From sequence record DRR378314_2501: a stretch of 60,508 nt of DNA; one strand, 5' to 3'. Under the pieces are notes generated by a model. The model was not told the DNA's origin. It saw nothing but the letters and a program-made list of their open reading frames with translations, and searched no databases. The stretch's first letter is position 1; each line of letters opens with the position of its first letter. The position numbers and the translations under genes were made by a program. Shown in pieces: positions 1-9,109 of this stretch.

Positions 1-215
1 CATTTATTGGTTATGAATCCTGACCCTAGACCATTGCCGCTTTCCCCGATGATGACCGTTGACAAGTGACCAGTGGTCTCCATTCCAACCAGTTTCAGGC
101 GGCTGTCTGATCCAGTAAGGAAGTTCAGGGAAAGTGGTTATTCACGATCAAGGCGCCCCTCTTTTACATCATCAAAGCCAGTGCATATGCAATTGGATCA
201 TGAGGAGAGGCGTTT

Positions 216-1253
216 TTAGTTTAATACCTTGAATTCGATACGCCTGTTCTTCGCGCGATTATCGGCAGTACTATTGCCTACAAGAGGCGCAGTTTCACCG
301 TAGCCGACTGCGACCAAGCGGGACTGATCGGCGCCTTTTGTGATCAGGTGCTTGGTGACAGAAACCGCTCTCTGCCGACTCAGCTCCAAATTCCAAGCGG
401 CTTTGCCCCACGCGTCTGTGTGGCCGCCTACTTCGATCTTTAGATCGGGACATCTGTTCACGATATCAGCCAATGCATCCAAAAATGCTTCGGACGTTTC
501 CGCCACGTCTGATGAATTTGCCGCAAAGTTCACGCTGCGACTTTGTGAGAGCACTTCAAAACGCCCCTCGCATTCGCCGCGGTTAAATGTTCCGTTGGTT
601 TCCAACGCGACGCTGGCGTTTGTTGTGGTTTCCTGGGTCATGGCTCCTGCGTTGGAGCCGTTTCTCTGAAAGTAGAGATCAAGGCTTACGATACCGACGG
701 GCGTGATGGTGACATTCGCCGCCTCTTCCAGTTTTTCCAATCCAGAAAGAAGGTCGAAATCCGCCAGCGACAGAATTATGGGTTGTACGGTTGAGACGTT
801 GACCGTGTCGGTGTCCAGCAATGTCAGGGCGACCCGCGTGGACAGTTCAACTGTCACACCGTGAAGCTCCAGTGTAACCGGCAACTCCACGGTCTTGCGG
901 CCCGCCTCTGCCAAGTCAGATATTTGAGCCGAGGAGATCTGTGCAGAGACGCGCGCCTGACTGTGTTTGAACGTCTCGAAGAACAGGAACCGCATGCGGA
1001 CGTTGCGGAGATCAATGTTGGTGTCCACTGAATCCAGGGCGACGGTAACATCGGCATTTCCCGTGGGGTCGATGGTGCCAGTGAAAGATGCAAATCCACT
1101 ATACTCAGCGATCGTACCCTTCTTCACGGACAGGAAGCCGATGGAAGAACGTTCGGTGGCCAGTGTCCAGCCGCGCTCAAGCGGATTTGCGGACGCCAGC
1201 TGTGGGAGAAGTAAAAAGTTCAATAAGAACAGTTGGCAAAGGCGTTTTCTCAT
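216..1253 (-). CDS. Exported YceI-domain + OmpA C-terminal-like (peptidoglycan-binding) protein
   Basis: Signal peptide; YceI-like region (W.L...S.IGF.S.K, VALDSVDTNIDLRNVRM); OmpA_C motifs VNFA..S, IEVGGHTD, NLELSRQRA..V, VGYGE..P, NRRIEF. Confidence 0.85.
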   Translation of the reverse strand: MRKRLCQLFLLNFLLLPQLASANPLERGWTLATERSSIGFLSVKKGTIAEYSGFASFTGTIDPTGNADVTVALDSVDTNIDLRNVRMRFLFFETFKHSQARVSAQISSAQISDLAEAGRKTVELPVTLELHGVTVELSTRVALTLLDTDTVNVSTVQPIILSLADFDLLSGLEKLEEAANVTITPVGIVSLDLYFQRNGSNAGAMTQETTTNASVALETNGTFNRGECEGRFEVLSQSRSVNFAANSSDVAETSEAFLDALADIVNRCPDLKIEVGGHTDAWGKAAWNLELSRQRAVSVTKHLITKGADQSRLVAVGYGETAPLVGNSTADNRAKNRRIEFKVLN

Positions 1254-1456
1254 TGTTCTTTATCCTTTTCTTTTCTGTCCGCTCGCTCTGTCAGCCCAGT
1301 CTAGATTAGCCCAGTCTAGCACTCTCGTTGTGGAAAAGTACCGTTGCATTGACACTTCGGTAGGCGCGATTTGCGAAGATAGATAAATTGCCGATCATGA
1401 TGGTGATATGGTGGGCCCCTATCATGGCGCGAATCGTATTTCTCGCCGCAACGGGG

Positions 1457-2938
1457 ATGATGTTTGTGCAACGCGCTTTGAGTACCGTGAAATTCTGGGT
1501 CGGGCTCTTGATCGTATTGGGCGCCACCGTTTGGAACACTGTGGTTCATGCGGGGGATCGTATGGCGCTCGTGATTGGAAATTCGTCCTACGGCTCGGTT
1601 CCCTCGTTGGAGAACCCGGTGCACGACGCTCAGTTGATTGCGGAGACGCTGGAAGCCATGGCGTTCGAGGTCACATTGTTGACCGATGCCAGTCAGGTGG
1701 ATCTGAAACGCGCCATTGCGCAGTTTGGGCGTAGCTTGCGGGAACGTGATGAAGATGCGGTTGGTCTGTTCTACTATGCTGGTCACGGTGTGCAAAGTTT
1801 TGGCAACAATTACTTGCTGCCTGTAGATGTGTCGCTGAGCGATGCGGCTGACCTAGATTTGGTTGCAATTGAGGCGCAGTCGGTGTTGAGACAGATGGCG
1901 TCCGCTCGCAATACCACCAACATTGTCATTCTGGATGCATGCCGGAACAATCCCTTCGAGAACGTGACCGAGCTGAACGACAATGGTTTGGCCGAGATGC
2001 AAGCGCCTACAGGCACATTTCTGGCCTATGCCACGGCTCCCGGTGCGGTTGCGCTGGATGGTACCGAAGGTAATAGTCCATTCACACAAGCGCTGGCGCG
2101 GGAAATGAAGGCTGCGAACCAACCCATCGAACAGGTTCTAAAGCGTGTCAGGCGCTCTGTGCTTGACCACACCGATGGGCGTCAGACTCCATGGGATACG
2201 TCGTCGTTGGTCAGTGATTTCGTATTCAATGCGGTTACATCCGACCGTGCTGCTGATGCCTCTGATGCTGTTATCGCGGAACGGCAATTGTGGAGCATGG
2301 CCCGAGACAGTCAGGATGTCGTCCAGTTGATGTTGTTCTTGCGCAGCTACGGCCAGAGTGCGTATGCGGATGATGCCAGGGCGTTATTGAAGCAGCTGTC
2401 GGGCAACCAGCAGGGATCTTCTGCTACCGATGAAACGGCGATGTTCGAAGCGGCACATAATGAAGCTGGAATTGCAGCTCTTGAGGCGTATCTCCTGACG
2501 TTTCCAGAAGGACGCTACACCGAGCTTGCGATGGTAGAGATTGCAGCGCGCAAGCGTGGCAGGGAAGAAGATCCAGATCTAGCACCCGCCGAAGGCATTG
2601 TAACGAGCCTCATGGACACGCCTTTGAGCAACCAGATCGAAAACGGCCCGATAACTTTTATCCGCAAGCTTGAGTCTGATCTGGAGCAGGTAAATGGCCT
2701 ATCTTTGGAAGAGCTGGTCACACAGTCACCGATGTTTCCCCCGATTGCAGGCCTTCCTGACGAATATTGGAAGGATCAATCCTGCAGCAACTGTCACACT
2801 TGGACACGGGATGCGCTCTGCACTCAGGCCAAGACTTATTTGACCAGCAATTTGCAACGGTCACTGTCGAAACAACACCCCTTTGGCGGTGCGATGAAAC
2901 AGGCGCTGCGCAGTTGGGCCGGCGGTGAGTGCGGTTGA
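1457..2938 (+). CDS. Caspase-family (peptidase C14) protein with signal peptide, helical repeats and a C-terminal CxxCH motif; start uncertain (1388-1460)
   Basis: RMALVIGNSSY, L.NP.HDA, FYYAGHG (catalytic His), ILDACRNNP (catalytic Cys), AYATAPG.VA.DG, SPFT.AL, QTPW; CSNCH at 2783-2797. Confidence 0.88.
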   Translation: MMFVQRALSTVKFWVGLLIVLGATVWNTVVHAGDRMALVIGNSSYGSVPSLENPVHDAQLIAETLEAMAFEVTLLTDASQVDLKRAIAQFGRSLRERDEDAVGLFYYAGHGVQSFGNNYLLPVDVSLSDAADLDLVAIEAQSVLRQMASARNTTNIVILDACRNNPFENVTELNDNGLAEMQAPTGTFLAYATAPGAVALDGTEGNSPFTQALAREMKAANQPIEQVLKRVRRSVLDHTDGRQTPWDTSSLVSDFVFNAVTSDRAADASDAVIAERQLWSMARDSQDVVQLMLFLRSYGQSAYADDARALLKQLSGNQQGSSATDETAMFEAAHNEAGIAALEAYLLTFPEGRYTELAMVEIAARKRGREEDPDLAPAEGIVTSLMDTPLSNQIENGPITFIRKLESDLEQVNGLSLEELVTQSPMFPPIAGLPDEYWKDQSCSNCHTWTRDALCTQAKTYLTSNLQRSLSKQHPFGGAMKQALRSWAGGECG

Positions 2939-2956
2939 TGCACTTCTCCTCGGGAC

Positions 2957-4465
2957 TCACTGCGGGGGCGTCGTAACGACCAGGAAATACACCCATTCAC
3001 CCTTGAAATTTGCATGCGACGCGCGTGCACTGGATACAGCGCGTTGCAGATCTTCAAGGTACTCGACGGCCGTCTCTTGAATGGGTCGTGGTGTCTGTTC
3101 CGAAAACAACGGATGTGATGCTGCAAAAGCGACGGCGATTTCCTGACCGTAAGGGGGCGCAACGGTGATTTGGAGACCAGCGCCGGTCGCTGTGCGCGCG
3201 CCGACGTCTAGTTGGGAGTGCGGTGGTGCGCGAGTAAGAGGAGTTGTCGCATTCGGGATCAGATGCAGAACGGAACCACTGGCATCAAAATAGTCGACAT
3301 AGACATATGCCGGATATTCTGGCGTGGTGAGTGCGAAGTATAGCTGATCTCCTCCTGAGAAGTTCAAGACGCGCGCGTATGCGTCCGCCCCCATCAGCAG
3401 AGGATTCGTGATCTGGTCGTTGCTTTGAGGGAGACCTGCAGACTCTATCCCGGCGAGGATTCCACATTGCGGGCGTGGGAGCAGGCGCGTGCGATCTGAC
3501 AAAGTGATATCGGAGCCCATTTCCGCTTGGAGGGCAGCCAGAACCGGAGCGCGAAGCGTCTCGTCAGGTAAGTGGCCTCTCAAGTGCAACGTTGCAGTGT
3601 CGGGGTCGAAGGACAGCTGAAGTCGTGCACAGGGGAGGGTGGACAGATAGCCGGATAGCCCATCACGCAAGGTGCGGCCTTCCTCGCCGGCGTCCAGAAG
3701 ACGGCTGTAGGCTGCAAGGGATTGCGGGTCGACGTTTTGTCCTTCGGCCCCGGGCAGCGCAAAGCTGGCACGGATGGTGTCAATCGGAGCGTTTGCAATG
3801 CTTGCTTCGACCGTGGCGGATGACTTTGGTGCGGCCATTAGCACGTCAGCGGAAGTTTTGACTGTCCCAAGCGGCTCGCTGTCTGGTTCGTCGGTCTGAA
3901 TCGTCAGCGCAGCCGCAGGAGCCTGTGATACCTCAATATCAGGGCGTATCTTCGCGACAGGTATCTCAGGTGCGACGATCCGACCCTGTTTGATATGGTC
4001 CGGTGTGACGTCAGATGCGATGGCTGATGTGGCTGCGGGGGCAGCGAGTGGCGCCGTTTGTCCGCTCGGCTCGGAAACTACCGGGGCGGACGACAGGGAA
4101 GCAGACTCTATGTTTTCCACTCGCTCCCCGGCAGCGAAATGCGCCCTCACGTTGGATGCAGGCGCCGCAATAGCTTCAGCTCTGGTTGTTGGCACAGTAC
4201 CAGATTGCACGCTGTCGGTCGCAGCTGCTGCTTCTAGTAGGACATCCCCGCGCGCTGTGCTCAGAGTGGGCCGGTTGCGCGGAACGCTTTTGGACGTAAT
4301 CTGCATTTCGGCACGGTGCTCATCCTGTTTTACCGTAGGCCTGGGCTGTAAGCTGAGAAGGACCATGCCAATCAGAACGCAATTCGCGACGAACGAGCCC
4401 AAAACGCCGGCGCTCCAGATCAACAGCCCGTTGCGCTGGCCATATGGTTCGACTGCAAGCGTCAC
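2957..4465 (-). CDS. Membrane-anchored protein with Ala/Pro-rich linker and C-terminal DUF4384-like domain, in the TonB position of an exbBDD operon
   Basis: N-terminal TM helix (AGVLGSFVANCVLIGMVLL), about 200 aa low-complexity A/P/S/T linker, C-terminal GDQLYF..T....AYVYVDYFDASGSVLHLIPN...V.PPYGQE..VAFAAS.PLF; GTG start overlaps the exbD stop. Confidence 0.7.
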   Translation of the reverse strand: MTLAVEPYGQRNGLLIWSAGVLGSFVANCVLIGMVLLSLQPRPTVKQDEHRAEMQITSKSVPRNRPTLSTARGDVLLEAAAATDSVQSGTVPTTRAEAIAAPASNVRAHFAAGERVENIESASLSSAPVVSEPSGQTAPLAAPAATSAIASDVTPDHIKQGRIVAPEIPVAKIRPDIEVSQAPAAALTIQTDEPDSEPLGTVKTSADVLMAAPKSSATVEASIANAPIDTIRASFALPGAEGQNVDPQSLAAYSRLLDAGEEGRTLRDGLSGYLSTLPCARLQLSFDPDTATLHLRGHLPDETLRAPVLAALQAEMGSDITLSDRTRLLPRPQCGILAGIESAGLPQSNDQITNPLLMGADAYARVLNFSGGDQLYFALTTPEYPAYVYVDYFDASGSVLHLIPNATTPLTRAPPHSQLDVGARTATGAGLQITVAPPYGQEIAVAFAASHPLFSEQTPRPIQETAVEYLEDLQRAVSSARASHANFKGEWVYFLVVTTPPQ

Positions 4466-4875
4466 GGGACGGGAGCCGCGTCTGGCGATACGATAAGAAC
4501 GATGTCTTCAATGCCAAGGGCTTCGGCCTGTGAAATCAGTGGAAGAACATTTCTGAGCTCCGCGTCTTGATGGGCGTTTATGCGTAGCCGCAGGCCGGGG
4601 TCTGACCGCAGCCCTTCTGCGAGCAGGTCGTTGATGTTGCGAGGATCTACCTCTCTGCCGCCCAATGCGAGGTGGCCGTCTGCGGAGATGGACAGGGTTG
4701 CACCGCCAGCGGGTAAGTCCTGGCCCGTGTCGGCAGTGGGGGGCGCAACGTCGAAGGGTGCTGTGGCATCCATTCGGCCGATGAGCATGAAGAAGACCAG
4801 CAGGAAGAACACCACGTCGATCAGCGCCGTAGTCGGCTCGCCCTGTGCGCTGCGACTGGGGCGGCGTAAATTCAT
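4462..4875 (-). CDS. exbD: ExbD/TolR family biopolymer transport protein
   Basis: Real start MNLRRP at 4875 (ATGA overlap with upstream stop); TALIDVVFFLLVFFML TM motif with the essential Asp; LRINAH.DA...V. Confidence 0.88.
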   Translation of the reverse strand: MNLRRPSRSAQGEPTTALIDVVFFLLVFFMLIGRMDATAPFDVAPPTADTGQDLPAGGATLSISADGHLALGGREVDPRNINDLLAEGLRSDPGLRLRINAHQDAELRNVLPLISQAEALGIEDIVLIVSPDAAPVP

Positions 4876-5288
4876 TGATGGGCCTCCAGTCGCAGAACAC
4901 GCAGGTTCTTGACCCCGGCGGTTGCGGCTGCATCCAGAACCGAAACCAGAGCCTGTGTTCTCGTCGCGCCAGTGGGGAGGATCAACACCTGCGTCTGAGG
5001 GGAGCTGGCCAGTTGTGAGGACAGCGCTCCCTGCAGAGCGCCCATTCCAAGAGGGCGCCCCCGTATCGCGGGCTGACCATTTGCACCGAGGCGAATGATG
5101 ACTGTGTTGGCCGACGCAGGCGAGGCGCCTTGCGCAGGGAGCGACGCTTGCGGGCTGCGGGCCGGGATCATGTCGAGGTTCAGGTATGTGGAGGTGACCA
5201 TGAAGAAAACGAGCAGGATCAGTAGGACATCGACCATCGGGACCAACGATATGAGACCGGGAGGCCGGGCGGGGCGGGTCAGTTTCAT
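4872..5288 (-). CDS. exbD: ExbD/TolR family biopolymer transport protein (second copy)
   Basis: ISLVPMVDVLLILLVFFMVTS motif with the essential Asp; Q.LVSVLDAA..AG. Confidence 0.88.
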   Translation of the reverse strand: MKLTRPARPPGLISLVPMVDVLLILLVFFMVTSTYLNLDMIPARSPQASLPAQGASPASANTVIIRLGANGQPAIRGRPLGMGALQGALSSQLASSPQTQVLILPTGATRTQALVSVLDAAATAGVKNLRVLRLEAHQ

Positions 5289-5935
5289 GACGGGTCGCCT
5301 GTCGCTCCTCCGGGGTCCTGAGCGGCCTCTTCGGCAAGCATCAGGCGGCCGACAGCATTCTCGACGCTCTGGGCAACCCGTTCGATCCGGGCGGAGAACA
5401 GGCCGGATGCAATTGCTGCGGGAATGGCGACAACAAGACCCGCGGCCGTGGTCAGGAGTGCTTGCCAGATCCCGCCTGCAAGAAGCGAGGCATTGGCGGC
5501 GCCTTCAGCCAGTTCCAGTTCTTGAAAACTCTGAATCATGCCGAGCACGGTCCCCAGTAGGCCCAGCAACGGTGAAACCATGGCCGTAATTTCGAGCATG
5601 CGAATGCGCCGGCTCAGGGTGGAGAGTTCAGAGCTGCCACGGCGCTCGATTTCCGATTGCAGCAGGGCAGGCCGCACGCCCGCAACGAGCGCCTTCATGG
5701 CGAACGCCAGGATCCTGTCAGCTGGCGCGCCGTCACCAAGCTGCCGCATGGCTTCGGAACGTTTGCCCTGTTGCCATGTCCTGAGTATCCGGGTTCGGTT
5801 CTCCTCGCCCGACAGCACGGGCCAAAGCTCGATCAGCTTGACCACAATAACCGTGAGAGATGCGAGGGAGAGCAGGCCAAGAACCACCAAGATCGGCATG
5901 CCCGTTCCCATGTTGTCCAGGAGCTGGTTCATCAC
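5285..5935 (-). CDS. exbB: ExbB/TolQ/MotA family proton channel protein
   Basis: SPLLGLLGTVLGMIQSF and GIWQALLTTAAGLVVAIPA signature helices. Confidence 0.92.
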   Translation of the reverse strand: MMNQLLDNMGTGMPILVVLGLLSLASLTVIVVKLIELWPVLSGEENRTRILRTWQQGKRSEAMRQLGDGAPADRILAFAMKALVAGVRPALLQSEIERRGSSELSTLSRRIRMLEITAMVSPLLGLLGTVLGMIQSFQELELAEGAANASLLAGGIWQALLTTAAGLVVAIPAAIASGLFSARIERVAQSVENAVGRLMLAEEAAQDPGGATGDPS

Positions 5936-6357
5936 TACTTCACCAGGCGCGCATCAGTGCGTGATGCCAGATCGAGTATGCTGAAGCAGTCGATCTCGTC
6001 TTCATTCTGTGGCTGGCACTTTGTTATGTCGTGCAGCAGGATTTCCGAGATGTTGCTGCAATTCAGCTCTGGAATTTCAAAGAGTTTCAGTGTGGTGCGC
6101 GCGACGGGCAGGGGGGCGGCGTCGATTGATAGCAAGCGGTCGATGACGCCATCACCATCAAGCACCGCCAGCGACATTTCAAAGCCGGAAAAACTGTTGC
6201 CGGTCTCATTTTTGAACAGGAAAAACGCACGGCACCCGCCGCTTTCGATCTCTTCCGTCTTGTTGAGTTCGACAGTGAGGCGCTCATTTGCCATGACAGG
6301 TGATACTCCCAGAGCAATGGCGGCAATCAGGATGATCGATTTGAAAATTCTCTTCAT
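5935..6357 (-). CDS. Small exported protein with four Cys, directly upstream of exbB
   Basis: MKRIFKS... signal peptide ending VMA-N; LTVELNK.E....CR..F...N; stop abuts the exbB start. Confidence 0.7.
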   Translation of the reverse strand: MKRIFKSIILIAAIALGVSPVMANERLTVELNKTEEIESGGCRAFFLFKNETGNSFSGFEMSLAVLDGDGVIDRLLSIDAAPLPVARTTLKLFEIPELNCSNISEILLHDITKCQPQNEDEIDCFSILDLASRTDARLVK

Positions 6358-6419
6358 GCGGCTTCTCCAAAGAATGGCGGGATCGGCGAGTGCCCCCGGC
6401 CCAATAGGCCGGACCGAGA

Positions 6420-7265
6420 TCAAACGATGGCACCAAGCGCCGTTTCGATTCGGTCCATGACGACGCGCGCCTTGTCGTAATCACGCTGTTTCAGCAGGCG
6501 CGCGGCCACATGGACGGCACGGTCCAGCTTGGTCCGGTGGCTGCCCGGTACACGGCCGACCGAAGCGCGCAATTGCTTTGCCCGCTGAAGATCCGCGCCG
6601 AGAGTGCGACTGCGTCCCTCCCGATCCGCCCGCTTCATACTTGCATCTGCATCTTCACGATCCGCACCGATCCGGGCGACAGCTTGTTCGACGACAGTCA
6701 ACAGGGTTTGCGCTTCTTCCAGACGGCCTTCGTTGATGTGGCTGAGGGATTTCGACAGCCCCAGTTTCAGTTTGCGTTCCAGTGGGCCAGGCGCCTGCCC
6801 AATACGGGATTTGATTCTCTTTGCGCGTGCCAGCAGGGGGCGAACAAGTTTCTGATCGACGGAAGGAGTGCTCACTTCGTCCAGAGTGGTGACGCCATCG
6901 TCGCTTGTTGATTTTTCCGGCTTCAAACTGTCGAGGAGGTTGCCGCCGTCATCGCGAAACAGGACGTTCACCTTCGGCTTGTTGGCGCGCAGAAACTTCT
7001 TGAGGTTTGTAATCGCTTTGGTCGTAGCTTGTTCGCAGGTCATCTCCATTTCATCGGAGCGAACGACATAGGTGCCCCAAGTCATTGGAGACTTACCGCC
7101 TTCTTTTTTCAATAGTGGGCGCAATTGCTCAGGTTTGCTGCCGGGTTGGATCAGCAGCAAGGGGTCGCTGTTTCCATCCATGCAGAACGCGAAACTCGTG
7201 CGACGCTTGGCGCCTTCACGGACCATGGAGCGTATTTCGCTGCCATCTATTCGCGTCGGTTTCAT
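6420..7265 (-). CDS. Hypothetical basic protein with two C-terminal helical repeats; start 7265 preferred over 7334
   Basis: Long ORF, GGAG-type RBS before MKPTRID; divergent from tssA; no family recognised. Confidence 0.7.
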   Translation of the reverse strand: MKPTRIDGSEIRSMVREGAKRRTSFAFCMDGNSDPLLLIQPGSKPEQLRPLLKKEGGKSPMTWGTYVVRSDEMEMTCEQATTKAITNLKKFLRANKPKVNVLFRDDGGNLLDSLKPEKSTSDDGVTTLDEVSTPSVDQKLVRPLLARAKRIKSRIGQAPGPLERKLKLGLSKSLSHINEGRLEEAQTLLTVVEQAVARIGADREDADASMKRADREGRSRTLGADLQRAKQLRASVGRVPGSHRTKLDRAVHVAARLLKQRDYDKARVVMDRIETALGAIV

Positions 7266-7436
7266 GGCTGCAGTCTCCACCAAAGCTTCAAAACAATTGA
7301 CAAAGAGCATTCGACAAGGCTCACTTTGGGTCAAGTTATTGTTTTGTTGCTCGGTATTATTCGTTGCGGCATGCGTGGGATTGGTTCACAGTTCCAGTGG
7401 TACAAAAAACGCGTTGCCGACGGGGGTTAGTGAAGA

Positions 7437-8498
7437 ATGGATGTCACCATCCTGTTGCAATCCAAGGGGGACGATGCCCCAAGTGGATCAGATCCGGAGT
7501 ATGATCCGGACTTCACGGAAATGGAACTTGCCGCCCAACCAGGCGAGGAAACGGTCATTGGCGACCAGGTGACGCCGGCGACGGACCCCGATTATCGCGA
7601 GGTCGAAGCCAAAGCGTTGTCCGTGTTGGAGCGGGCTCATGATCTGCGGGCGGCTGTCTGTCTTGCTGATGCGGTCTTGCAATCCAAAGGTGTGGCCGGG
7701 TTTGCAGATGTGACCACCCTGATGCGTGGGATGTTGGAAGGCTACTGGGACAGTTGCCATCCGATGCTGGACGAAGATGACGGTGATCCGACCATGCGTG
7801 TAAACGCAGTGCAGGATATCTGCGGACAGCCGGATGATATGGCTGGTCCGTCGCCCGCCTTTCGATCCCTGAGACGCGCGGCGCTGACGGATAGCAGGGG
7901 GTTTGGCCGGTTTTCCATGCGCGACATTGAAATCGCCGAAGGTGTTCTGTCGGCGCCTGCCGGAATGGATCACCCACCGGATACGGCGACGATCAGCGCT
8001 GCGTTCCAGGACTCGGATGAACAGGTCCTTTCAGAACGTTTGACGGCGTTGGAGACGATTGAATCGAATATTCGGGCGATCTCGGCTGTTTTCGATGAGC
8101 ATACACCGGGGCAGGGGCCTGAACTGGACCCACTCCTGAAGCTCTTGAGGCAGATGACGCAAAAGATGCGAACTTATGGTAGCATGGCAGAAGGCGAAGC
8201 TGGGACTGATCCGGCTGACATTGATGACGATGCCGTGCAAATGTCCGCCGGGTCCGACCCGCGGCCCGCTGTCAGCGGTGTGCCCGGCGCAATCAATTCG
8301 CCGACCGATGTGGCAAACACCATCGACCGCATCATCAGCTATTATAAACGGGAAGAGCCCTCGAGTCCGATTCCGTTGTTGTTGGAGCGTGCCAAACGTC
8401 TGGTGGGGGCTGATTTCCTCACCATCATAAATGACATGGCGCCGAGTGGTATGGACAATGTTCACCTGGTCGGTGGCATCGAAGACGAAGACGATTGA
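7437..8498 (+). CDS. tssA: T6SS protein TssA (ImpA family, short form)
   Basis: ImpA_N motifs (G.DPEYDPDF, HDLRAAV, W...HPMLDEDD) and C-terminal YYKREEPSSPIPLLLERA. Confidence 0.93.
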   Translation: MDVTILLQSKGDDAPSGSDPEYDPDFTEMELAAQPGEETVIGDQVTPATDPDYREVEAKALSVLERAHDLRAAVCLADAVLQSKGVAGFADVTTLMRGMLEGYWDSCHPMLDEDDGDPTMRVNAVQDICGQPDDMAGPSPAFRSLRRAALTDSRGFGRFSMRDIEIAEGVLSAPAGMDHPPDTATISAAFQDSDEQVLSERLTALETIESNIRAISAVFDEHTPGQGPELDPLLKLLRQMTQKMRTYGSMAEGEAGTDPADIDDDAVQMSAGSDPRPAVSGVPGAINSPTDVANTIDRIISYYKREEPSSPIPLLLERAKRLVGADFLTIINDMAPSGMDNVHLVGGIEDEDD

Positions 8499-8574
8499 TA
8501 GAAACTCATTTCCGGTTTGGCGCGACGGACCTCTTTCCCGCGCAGGATAAGAAATGACGAGCGAGGAGGCCTAG

Positions 8575-9090
8575 ATGGCAGATAGTTCCCAGAAGTTCAT
8601 CGCGCGCAATCGTGCGCCGCGCGTTCAGATCGAATATGATGTTGAGCTCTACGGCGCAGAGAAGAAGGTTCAGTTGCCCTTCGTCATGGGCGTCATGAGC
8701 GATCTCGTGGGTAAATCGGAAGTCGAACAGCCGGCGATCGCAGATCGTAAATTCCTCGAAATTGATGTTGATAATTTCGACGACCGGATGAAATCCATGG
8801 CACCGCGTGCGGCATTCACCGTACCGAACACGTTGACCGGTGAGGGAAATCTGGCGGTCGACATCACCTTCGAGAGCATGGATGACTTCAAACCTGCCGC
8901 CATTGCCGCAAAGATAGAGCCTCTGCGCGAGCTTCTTGAAGCACGCACTCAGCTGTCCAATCTGATGACATATATGGATGGTAAGACAGGCGCCGAAGAT
9001 CTGATATCGAAAATCATTCAGGATCCGAGCCTGTTGAAGACTCTGGCTGCGCAGCCCGCTCCTGGTGGTGCTGACGATGCTGCCGAATAA
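8575..9090 (+). CDS. tssB: T6SS contractile sheath small subunit
   Basis: SQKFIARNRAPRVQIEYDVE..GAEKKVQLPFVMGVMSDL, RKFLEIDVDNFD. Confidence 0.97.
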   Translation: MADSSQKFIARNRAPRVQIEYDVELYGAEKKVQLPFVMGVMSDLVGKSEVEQPAIADRKFLEIDVDNFDDRMKSMAPRAAFTVPNTLTGEGNLAVDITFESMDDFKPAAIAAKIEPLRELLEARTQLSNLMTYMDGKTGAEDLISKIIQDPSLLKTLAAQPAPGGADDAAE

Positions 9091-9109
9091 AATTTAAGGA
9101 GGGACACAC

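Noticed and set aside
4876-5337. N-terminal extension of the 291-aa ORF 4462..5337
   Set aside because: It overlaps the other exbD in a different frame; ExbD similarity begins only at Met 4875
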